Positions 19,851 to 27,573 of a DNA stretch of 64,000 bases are shown in pieces. The notes under the pieces are model-generated. The model worked only from the letters and a program-made list of their open reading frames with translations. It was not told the origin of the DNA and did not search any database. A program made the translations under genes and the position numbers. Position 1 is the first letter of the stretch, and every line of letters starts with the position of its first letter. The DNA lies in contig CAZHVT010000002.1 of assembly GCA_964536205.1 (NCBI GenBank), forward strand, positions 1,982 through 65,981. Direction: 5' to 3'. Origin of the DNA: an uncultured Gammaproteobacteria bacterium. GTDB taxonomy: Bacteria; Patescibacteriota; Patescibacteriia; Magasanikbacterales; GCA-002688135.

Positions 19851-19915
19851 AGGGAACACACAAAACATCGCATTCGTTGAGTGCGTTTTTTTATTGGAAA
19901 TGATACAATACATAT

Positions 19916-20386
19916 ATGAATAAAGTATACGCAACATTTGATAAGATTTTCATTCATGAGGTGAAGAGGTTGGCGCCGATCACGTCTCGAGTAGCACTAG
20001 CTATTATATTTATTTGGTTTGGCGCGATGAAAGTGATTGCGATGAGTCCGGCCAATCCTCTCGTGCAAGCACTGCTACAGAAGATGTTGCCGTTTGTATC
20101 ATTTGAAACATTCATTATAAGTTTTGGATTATTTGAAGTTCTCATTGGAATGTTGTTTATCATTCCTCGTTGGGGTCGCATTGCAATTCTATTGCTTGCA
20201 TTGCACATGATAACAACCATCCTTCCATTATTCCTCTTACCTGAAATTGCATGGCAAGGATTCTTACTTCCAACAATGGAAGGGCAGTACATTATCAAGA
20301 ATATTGCGATTGTTGCATTGGGTATGGGGGTGATCGGAACATTTCATCCAATGAAAAAAATTGACAAAAAAATAAACAAAAGATAA
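19916..20386 (+). CDS. DoxX/DUF417-like membrane protein
   Basis: RVALAIIFIWFGAMK, SPANPLV, GLFEVLIG, TMEGQYIIKNI. Confidence 0.8.
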   Translation: MNKVYATFDKIFIHEVKRLAPITSRVALAIIFIWFGAMKVIAMSPANPLVQALLQKMLPFVSFETFIISFGLFEVLIGMLFIIPRWGRIAILLLALHMITTILPLFLLPEIAWQGFLLPTMEGQYIIKNIAIVALGMGVIGTFHPMKKIDKKINKR

Positions 20387-20406
20387 CATGTAGTCACAAT
20401 TAAAGA

Positions 20407-20503
20407 GCTATCAAGAGTGTGGCGAGGGACAGGCCCTATGACCCACCGGCAACTTGCGTAAGCGTAGTGCCAATTCCTCCTCGAGAAATCGAGAAAGATA
20501 ATT
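20407..20503 (+). ncRNA. SAM-I (S-box) riboswitch upstream of metK
   Basis: TATCAAGAG..GGCGAGGGACAGGCCCTATGA..CCGGCAAC..GTGCCAATTCC..GAAAGATA consensus; promoter TTGACA 20361-17-TAACAT; hairpin plus T run 20512-20540. Confidence 0.93.
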
Positions 20504-20545
20504 ATTTATGCAACGCCTTCCTGTGGGCGTTTTTATATTTTCAGT

Positions 20546-21604
20546 ATGATGTACAAACCATCAACCTACACCATCGAGAGTGTAACATCCGGACATCCGG
20601 ATAAAGTATGCGATCAGATTTCTGACGCAATTTTAGATGCATGTTTAGCACAAGATCCTTACAGTCGAGTTGCAGTCGAAACATTCGGCTCGCACGGGCT
20701 ATTAGTGTTGGGAGGAGAAGTATCAACATCCGCAATTGTAGATTACAAAACAATTGCAAAAAAAGTGTACAAAGAAATCGGATATGATGATGAACTGGAA
20801 ATCATCTGCCGTATAGTCGAGCAATCAAATGATATCGCACAGGGAGTAGACACAGGCGGCGCAGGCGATCAGGGAATTATGTATGGATATGCGACAAACG
20901 AAACAAGTCAGTTGCTTCCAAGTGCATTAGTGAAAGTTCATCAACTTACAGAAGGTTTAGAAAAGTTGCGCAAAATTGAAGCGTGTCCATGGCTTGGTCC
21001 GGATGGAAAAGCTCAAATCACCGTTGAAAATAATGTCATCACAAAAGTTCTCGTAAGCACGCAACATGATAAAGACGTATCGCAAGAACAAATCCATCGA
21101 GAATTAACAGAAAAATTAATTCACCCGATTGTGGGAGAAGTCGATGAAATTCTCATCAATCCAACAGGAATTTTCATTCAAGGAGGGTTTGAAGCAGACG
21201 CAGGATTAACGGGCAGAAAAATAATGGTCGATACATATGGCGGATTAGCTCCGCACGGCGGCGGAGCATTCTCCGGAAAAGATGCTACAAAAGTAGATCG
21301 ATCCGCAGCATATATGGCACGCTACGTCGCTAAACAATTAGTACATCGAGGATTAGGAAAAGAAGTTTTAGTTTCTGTTGCTTATGCTATCGGAAAAGTA
21401 GAGCCACTGATGGTGCAGGCTTACAATGAAAAAGGTGCGTCTTTAGATGTATCAGAATTCGATTTCAGGCCAGCGGCAATTATAGAAAATCTCGGACTCC
21501 GAAATCCAATATTCAGACAAACCGCATGCTACGGACACTTCGGGAAAAATGAATTGCCCTGGGAACATGTCGTACAGAAAAAGGTGTTGACGAAAGTTGC
21601 ATAA
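20546..21604 (+). CDS. metK: S-adenosylmethionine synthetase
   Basis: ESVTSGHPDKVCDQISD, GAGDQG, GLTGRKIMVDTYGG, GGGAFSGKDATKVDRS. Confidence 0.98.
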   Translation: MMYKPSTYTIESVTSGHPDKVCDQISDAILDACLAQDPYSRVAVETFGSHGLLVLGGEVSTSAIVDYKTIAKKVYKEIGYDDELEIICRIVEQSNDIAQGVDTGGAGDQGIMYGYATNETSQLLPSALVKVHQLTEGLEKLRKIEACPWLGPDGKAQITVENNVITKVLVSTQHDKDVSQEQIHRELTEKLIHPIVGEVDEILINPTGIFIQGGFEADAGLTGRKIMVDTYGGLAPHGGGAFSGKDATKVDRSAAYMARYVAKQLVHRGLGKEVLVSVAYAIGKVEPLMVQAYNEKGASLDVSEFDFRPAAIIENLGLRNPIFRQTACYGHFGKNELPWEHVVQKKVLTKVA

Positions 21605-21641
21605 AAGGTACAATGCAACCATCTCAAAAAAAGGAGAACTG

Positions 21642-22370
21642 ATGGGACAACCCAAAGATAGAATTATCCTTGCATTAGACGTACCAGATGCAGCAAGCGC
21701 TCATCTCTTGGCAGGGCAGGTCGATGGAAGAGTTGGAAAACTCAAGATCGGCATGCAGTTGTTCTACGCAAAAAGCGGCGGACATTCTCTGCTGGAAGGC
21801 TTGTGCGAAGTTGCACAAGAGACAGAGATCATGCTCGATCTCAAACTCTGCGATATTCCCAACACGATGAGGGAAGCGATCAAAAGCGTCGCGTGCTTGA
21901 AGCCGCGGTATCTGACAGTTCATGCATCAAGTGGGCCAGATCATCTCAAAGCATGTGTTGATATGGCTGGCGAGTTTGGGATCGGTGTGCTCGCGATTAC
22001 TGTGCTCACTACCATTTCCCAAGAAGATTTTTATGCATCCGGTCACACAGCACTCATTGGAGATGTAGTGTTGAAACGCGCGGAATTCGCAGCAGAAACT
22101 GGATGTGTGGGAATTGTGTGTTCGGGATTGGAATTGGCGATGCTTGCAAAGCGTGGTGTTCCAACATCACTCAAACGCATTGTCCCGGGCATTCGACCGC
22201 AATGGGCCGTTGCTGGTGATCAAAAAAGAATCGCTACTCCAAAGTTTGCGTTGGAAGCTGGTGCCGACGAGCTTGTCATTGGACGTCCGATTCGCACACC
22301 ACCAACAGATGTCGGATCACCCGTTCATGCACTCGCTCTCATTCACGACGAAATCCAAGCAGTATCGTAA
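21642..22370 (+). CDS. pyrF: Orotidine-5'-phosphate decarboxylase
   Basis: IILALD, LDLKLCDIPNT, TVH, PGIRP, DQKR, VIGRPI; AAGGAG SD supports ATG 21642. Confidence 0.95.
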   Translation: MGQPKDRIILALDVPDAASAHLLAGQVDGRVGKLKIGMQLFYAKSGGHSLLEGLCEVAQETEIMLDLKLCDIPNTMREAIKSVACLKPRYLTVHASSGPDHLKACVDMAGEFGIGVLAITVLTTISQEDFYASGHTALIGDVVLKRAEFAAETGCVGIVCSGLELAMLAKRGVPTSLKRIVPGIRPQWAVAGDQKRIATPKFALEAGADELVIGRPIRTPPTDVGSPVHALALIHDEIQAVS

Positions 22371-22447
22371 TTGCAGCCGGACCACATGTCCGGTTTTTAC
22401 ATTCAACAAAAAAATGATAAGATATACTATAATCATTAAAAAATTCT

Positions 22448-22657
22448 ATGAAAGGAATTCTCAATATTTTAGTATTTGCCGTAGTGATCGGCGTGATTGT
22501 CAGTGGATTGCTCGGCATCATGATTGTGCTCGATGTTGCATCTGCAGCAGAAAGTCGCGAAGCATTGATCAAAACAGCGCAGGTAATCGGTATTGTCACG
22601 CTCACATCAGTTGTAGCACTTCTCGCATTGAAACTCGGAAATCTTGGAAATAAATAA
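22448..22657 (+). CDS. Small two-TM membrane protein
   Basis: 69 aa, two hydrophobic helices, terminator-like hairpin after. Confidence 0.65.
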   Translation: MKGILNILVFAVVIGVIVSGLLGIMIVLDVASAAESREALIKTAQVIGIVTLTSVVALLALKLGNLGNK

Positions 22658-22697
22658 GTAAGAGAAAAAGCACTCTCACGAGTGCTTTTATAATTAT

Positions 22698-23180
22698 ATG
22701 AAAACACACAAGGTAATGTTCGGCGCTGGGTGTTTTTGGGGGATAGAGGAAAAGTTACGTATAGTTGAAGGTGTGATTGAAACTGAGGTGGGATATGCTG
22801 GTGGTCATCTAGAAAATCCTACTGAACAGGAAGTCCATGATGAGGATACTGGTCACACGGAAGTTGCAGTGGCGGAGTATAATCCAGAAAAAATAACATA
22901 CGAAGAATTACTCGATATTTTTTGGAAAAGCAATGACCCAACACAGGTAAATCGTGAAGGACCAAATATAGGATATCAATATCGCAGTGTAATTTTTTAT
23001 TATGATGATAATCAAAAGGCTGCAGCAGAAAAAGCAAAAAAAGAACTTGAGTCGTCAGGGGAGTATAATGCGCCGATCGCAACTGCTATTGAACCAGTCA
23101 CAACGTATTTCCCGGCAGCGGATTTTCATCAACAGTGGTTACTAAAACACGGCTTAAAAGTTTGTCCCTGGAAAAAGTAA
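22698..23180 (+). CDS. msrA: Peptide-methionine (S)-S-oxide reductase
   Basis: GAGCFWG, VGYAGG, TGHTE, DPTQVNREG, QYRSVIF, HQQW. Confidence 0.95.
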   Translation: MKTHKVMFGAGCFWGIEEKLRIVEGVIETEVGYAGGHLENPTEQEVHDEDTGHTEVAVAEYNPEKITYEELLDIFWKSNDPTQVNREGPNIGYQYRSVIFYYDDNQKAAAEKAKKELESSGEYNAPIATAIEPVTTYFPAADFHQQWLLKHGLKVCPWKK

Positions 23181-23214
23181 TAAAAAACCTCCGATGTATA
23201 CTCGGAGGTTCGCT

Positions 23215-23844
23215 TTATACAGCACTGTATTTTTTGACGATAGGAATCAGGCTGTCATTTTGAGCCCAAAAGATCTTTGCGAAAGCATCAAAAGTCGGAC
23301 GACAAGATTCGGGAATAAGTTGGGAACATCGCTCAAACATCGGAGTAAACTCTCGACGAGTTTCAGTAAACTGTTTTTCGATGAACTCAAGATCGTCGGG
23401 CGGAAGCGATCGCAAGTTATGCAATCGATCACACATTTTGATGCGCATGACTTGCCAGCTCGAGCGTGTAAGTAGCCGCTCGTAGTATCCTTCTTTGGGA
23501 AGTTTGGAAAGTTGCAAAACCATACGGCACGTTCGCTTTCCCAAGAATTGTTCGATCAATTCAGGAGTGATGGTTGTATCCTCAAGCGAATCGTGAAGGA
23601 GTGCGGCGCAAATTTCATCAACATCCATACAGCCAGCCTCATCAATATCGATGAGAGCTACTTGTCGAACATGTTCGAAATATCGGATGTGATTCCCATC
23701 ATCATCCACACCCTTGCGCGTATCAAATCGATGATAGTGCTTCGCAAGAACATACGCGAGCTCCACCCGTCGCACATCGGAAGGCGCCAGCAATGGAGTG
23801 AGTCGTGCAAGGAACGTAGCTTTGTTTTCTTGTGTATCTGTCAT
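23215..23844 (-). CDS. Stand-alone RelA/SpoT-type HD hydrolase (small alarmone hydrolase / Mesh1-like)
   Basis: H...R...YFEH, AALLHDSLEDT, IKMCDRLHNLRS; no synthetase domain. Confidence 0.85.
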   Translation of the reverse strand: MTDTQENKATFLARLTPLLAPSDVRRVELAYVLAKHYHRFDTRKGVDDDGNHIRYFEHVRQVALIDIDEAGCMDVDEICAALLHDSLEDTTITPELIEQFLGKRTCRMVLQLSKLPKEGYYERLLTRSSWQVMRIKMCDRLHNLRSLPPDDLEFIEKQFTETRREFTPMFERCSQLIPESCRPTFDAFAKIFWAQNDSLIPIVKKYSAV

Positions 23845-23869
23845 GGTAAACCTCTCTGAATGGTTAAGA

Positions 23870-23930
23870 ATATATCAGAAATTAGGGCGGCCGTCAATAG
23901 TTGACAGATGTGATATTCAACGATAGTGTA
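23870..23930. promoter_or_regulatory. Back-to-back divergent promoters for HD hydrolase and vWA-FHA operon
   Basis: CGTCAA-TAG-TTGACA: minus TTGACG-17-TATATT, plus TTGACA-17-TAGTGT. Confidence 0.65.
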
Positions 23931-24017
23931 GAAGTACAGTCCAAAAGATACAATCACTTATCTTGGGAGACTGGTTTACGGCCCGGGAGAAATCCCACCA
24001 GAGGCTGGAGGTGACAA

Positions 24018-25262
24018 ATGGCACAACTTTGTGTCCAAACTATCTATGGGCAGGATCCTGCGTATGCAGATCCACGAACTGGAACCCTGGTGAACGCCAT
24101 CGTGCGGATCACTCCTGAAATCCCGGATGTGAGTACACCACTCAACATCATCTGGGTGCAGGATCGGTCTGGATCGATGAAAGGCGAAAAGCTGAAGCAG
24201 AGCAAGACTGTTCTGAAAAAGCTGATCGACGGTCTTGATAGAAATGACCGTGCGGGTGTGATTGCGTTCAATCAAGAACATGAGATCATCGCCCCTCTCA
24301 AGACGATGCGTGCACATTACAGGCGGATGGCAAAGATCGCTGTAAAGCGGATGGGGGCGAAGGGTGCAACTCGACTGTCAGCTCCGCTGCTTGAAGCGGT
24401 GAGTCTGAAAGATGAGGAGTCACAGATTCCTCGTACGGTTGTGATGCTGACTGACGGTCTTTCACAATGTGGCAGTGTTAAACATGATGAAGAGCAACTC
24501 ATCCGAGCTGCTCAAAAGCTCTATCGGGAAGGTGGACGTCTGATCATGATTGGGATTGGCGCAGATTACAATTCAGATCTTCTGGAGCGTGTCTGTGAGG
24601 CTGGACCAGATTTCGAGATGTTCCATGTCTCCACAACAAATCCTGCGGAAATCGATGAAGTCACGCGGGAGGTGATGTGTGAACTTCGCTCTGCTTCGAT
24701 TGGTAATCTTCAGATTGCTGGTCAAGTTGCGCGTGGTGTCGAACTCAAAAGTGTGACATCATTCACGCCAACGCAGCGCCCTCATGAAGTGAAGCGCGGA
24801 AAGTTCTCTATCAATTCAGGTTCGCTTTCAAAGCATCGAGGTCAGCATCTGCTGTTCGAGATGTTGGTGAAAAATCCGAAAGTCGGATCGAGGAATCTCA
24901 TGACACTTGCAATGAAAGGTGTCAGAAGAGGTGATTCAGTCGAAGAGATCAGTATGTCACACGTACTCTCTTTGAGATTCACGACTAATCCAAAAGATGC
25001 AGTCAAGCAGACTGAAAAAGAAGTCCAAGACTGCATCATTCGCGCTGAAGCTCATCGAAAGATGAAAAACAAGCTGTACGATGTTGCGGCACATCTCTAT
25101 GAGATGATCGGCGATACATTCATGGCGCAGCAGGCTAGAAAAGCTGAGCGTCAGGCTGCGCGAGGTGGTCTCGAGGCAATCGACGCTCACCGAACCATCA
25201 CGACAGGCTCTGTGGGAAGCACACGAGCTGTGTCTCGCGACTGGTCGACAAGGGAGTGTTAA
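24018..25262 (+). CDS. vWA domain protein (YfbK-like)
   Basis: PLNIIWVQDRSGSM, GAT, LTDG, IGIGADYN; GGAGG SD. Confidence 0.88.
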   Translation: MAQLCVQTIYGQDPAYADPRTGTLVNAIVRITPEIPDVSTPLNIIWVQDRSGSMKGEKLKQSKTVLKKLIDGLDRNDRAGVIAFNQEHEIIAPLKTMRAHYRRMAKIAVKRMGAKGATRLSAPLLEAVSLKDEESQIPRTVVMLTDGLSQCGSVKHDEEQLIRAAQKLYREGGRLIMIGIGADYNSDLLERVCEAGPDFEMFHVSTTNPAEIDEVTREVMCELRSASIGNLQIAGQVARGVELKSVTSFTPTQRPHEVKRGKFSINSGSLSKHRGQHLLFEMLVKNPKVGSRNLMTLAMKGVRRGDSVEEISMSHVLSLRFTTNPKDAVKQTEKEVQDCIIRAEAHRKMKNKLYDVAAHLYEMIGDTFMAQQARKAERQAARGGLEAIDAHRTITTGSVGSTRAVSRDWSTREC

Positions 25263-25263
25263 G

Positions 25264-25902
25264 ATGAAAGATGCACTCTTTACGCAAGTTGTCTGCAGGA
25301 AATGCAGTACGGAAAATCGGGTTGGTGCGGTGCTGTGCGAGAATCAAGATTGTCGTGCTGTATTGCAAGCTCGTCGTATTGTAACCCAAGACGCTGATCC
25401 AGATGCTGATCTCGGTCCTGTAACAATGCCAGAAGCGTCATCTGCGGACATCGACAACAATGATGATATACCTCGATTTGTTGTCATCGAAAATGATGGC
25501 GTCAGCATTCTGGAAGCAGCGAAGTTTGAAGCGCATATTCCACTGATTCGGCTTTTTGATAAGGATATGATCAGTATCGGAAGACGCGCACGACCACATC
25601 CTGATTTCGAGCCACACATGGATTTCGGTTTTCTCTTCTACAATTGGACTGAAGGGAGAGACTATCCTATTTCTCGCAAAGGAGCTTTGTTGTATGGCGA
25701 GAAAGGAACATTGAAATTGCGACGTGTGGGACGAGCTCCAATTCGTGTGCGGAGACAGGGGAAAGGCAAGGCGCTGGCTTTGCAAAAATATGTCACAATT
25801 AAAGTCGAGAACGGCGATGTGCTGTGTTTCGGCAATCTCACGAACCACTTTAAAGTAGTGATTCGTGGTGTGACGCAAGAGATTCTTGATGATCTAGATT
25901 GA
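25264..25902 (+). CDS. Zinc-ribbon plus FHA-like domain protein
   Basis: CRKC...CENQDC; ISIGR, ISRK, NGDVLCFG; ATG 25264 with GGGAG SD just after vWA stop; terminator ~25923-25950. Confidence 0.75.
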   Translation: MKDALFTQVVCRKCSTENRVGAVLCENQDCRAVLQARRIVTQDADPDADLGPVTMPEASSADIDNNDDIPRFVVIENDGVSILEAAKFEAHIPLIRLFDKDMISIGRRARPHPDFEPHMDFGFLFYNWTEGRDYPISRKGALLYGEKGTLKLRRVGRAPIRVRRQGKGKALALQKYVTIKVENGDVLCFGNLTNHFKVVIRGVTQEILDDLD

Positions 25903-26164
25903 GCTCTAAGGAGTCTCAATATGCCGCCCGTAACTCGGGCGGTTTTTTATTTTATTTAACTCAAATTATACACAAATGAATCATCCCGCGCCTTATATCT
26001 TAGTGTAGAACATACACTAAGTAAGTTACGAGTAAAAAAGGGTTGACAAGGATGTGGGGAATTGATATGTTGATTGGCCTTATCGATAGTATAATGATGA
26101 GGAAAACGACTTATGTATTGAGTCGTAAACGATCATTAAACCTCGTGCAAAAAGGGAGAAGCAC

Positions 26165-27496
26165 ATGGCTGATGAAAAGAAAACAACAACCAAGAAACCA
26201 GCAAAGAAAAAGAAACCAGATTATCCGGAGCGATGGGCCAATGTGATCGGAGCTTTTGCGAAGTCACTTGGTTCGGATCTTGAGGCGATGACGCCGGTAC
26301 TGGCCTCTCTGGCCGGCGAACCGAGCGATGAAGCGCTGGAGACTCTCGCAAACAGCGGGTATGTCTCTGACGAGCTCATCCGGGAAGCTCTCGGAAATGC
26401 AGGATTGAAGGTTGGCGAAAGCGTGCCGATCGGCGTGTTCAACAAGAACCTCGCCGCTCTGCGAACTGCATGTGCACCCGCCGCACCTACTGCACCTACT
26501 GCACCAGCACCCACCGCCGATCTTTTCGGTGGCGGTGTTGGCTCGTACGACATTCTGCCGAACGTCCCCGAAGACAGCGTGAGCCTGCTTAGCAAGCTCA
26601 CGATCGGTGGCGAACTCAAGGTGGATGAAGTTTCTGTTCTGTGCGCCGCTCGAGCATTGCTCGCACAGCGAACTGGCGTTCGAGACGTGCCCGGAAAGCT
26701 GATCGATCTCATGGATGCGCATGCAGACGACGTCACTGCAGAGCCGTTCACAACGGCAATGTATGATGTGTACGAAACGGTCGAGAAGATCAAGAATCGT
26801 CGGTCTCATGGGGATATCCTCAAGGCTGTCGGTGTGCCCGGAAGTTTTGCAAACGCGAAGCGGAAGAGGCAGTTCCTCGAGCGTGTTGAAAAGCATCTTG
26901 TTCCCGGACTCTTCGAGTTCCGAAGCACGGTCAAGAGCTGGCAGGATTCGTATCTTGCTGCAGGCGCCAATCCCATGCAGATGATGCAGGTGATCGCGGC
27001 TGTCGTGCAGCGATTGCCGGTGCCGGGAGGGATGGCGCCACCCGACACCGCGATGATTCGCGATGCGGCGCTGTCGTTCAACGATGCGGCCAACAAAACG
27101 TTCGCCGGTTCCGGCATTCCTTGTGCTCGTGCACTCGCTCACGATGTGATCGAGATCCACGGGCTGCTCGATCTCGATCTTCTGCCTTTGGCATGCGGAT
27201 TCACGACGCGTGACCAGTTGCTCAAATCGCTCAAGATCAATGCGAGTCGAACCGATGAGCGCAACGAGCACGCGCTGGCTCGCTACATCATCTCGGTCAT
27301 CCGCATGAAGGACGTTGCGCCGGGTCATTCGGAGCTTGCGTACGTCAATGCACTGACTATGCTCGACACGCAGATCAAGTGGGATTCGCTGGGTCTCGCT
27401 GGAAGAGGAACGCCCGGCTTCATCGATCGCGCGAGCGGATCCGGTCCGTTGTCCGACAAGGGCAATGGTGGCTCGTCCAGCCGCTATCCGCGGTAG
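26165..27496 (+). CDS. Hypothetical protein (GC-rich, single-gene cassette)
   Basis: 443-aa ORF, TTGACA promoter 26043, GGGAG SD, terminator 27504-27533. Confidence 0.8.
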   Translation: MADEKKTTTKKPAKKKKPDYPERWANVIGAFAKSLGSDLEAMTPVLASLAGEPSDEALETLANSGYVSDELIREALGNAGLKVGESVPIGVFNKNLAALRTACAPAAPTAPTAPAPTADLFGGGVGSYDILPNVPEDSVSLLSKLTIGGELKVDEVSVLCAARALLAQRTGVRDVPGKLIDLMDAHADDVTAEPFTTAMYDVYETVEKIKNRRSHGDILKAVGVPGSFANAKRKRQFLERVEKHLVPGLFEFRSTVKSWQDSYLAAGANPMQMMQVIAAVVQRLPVPGGMAPPDTAMIRDAALSFNDAANKTFAGSGIPCARALAHDVIEIHGLLDLDLLPLACGFTTRDQLLKSLKINASRTDERNEHALARYIISVIRMKDVAPGHSELAYVNALTMLDTQIKWDSLGLAGRGTPGFIDRASGSGPLSDKGNGGSSSRYPR

Positions 27497-27573
27497 ATCC
27501 ATCACGGAGTATCTAAGGATACTCCGTTTTTTTATTGAAAAATGAAGAAAAAAATGTTACGATACACTCACAT

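Noticed and set aside
20419-20604. 61-aa ORF upstream of metK
   Set aside because: Overlaps the SAM-I aptamer and its terminator
22665-22690. AGCACTC-N4-GAGTGCT as a second CIRCE before msrA
   Set aside because: Spacer is 4 rather than 9 nt and the flanks are A/T runs; better explained as a terminator hairpin
26264-27505. 413-aa antisense ORF (and 190-aa ORF 26221-26793)
   Set aside because: Shadow of the GC3-rich plus-strand gene; promoter, SD and terminator all support the plus strand
4561-27533. Prophage or single genomic island starting at tRNA-Tyr
   Set aside because: The att-like repeat closes after 150 bp; no integrase or structural genes; core genes (pgi, rpmG, metK) are interspersed
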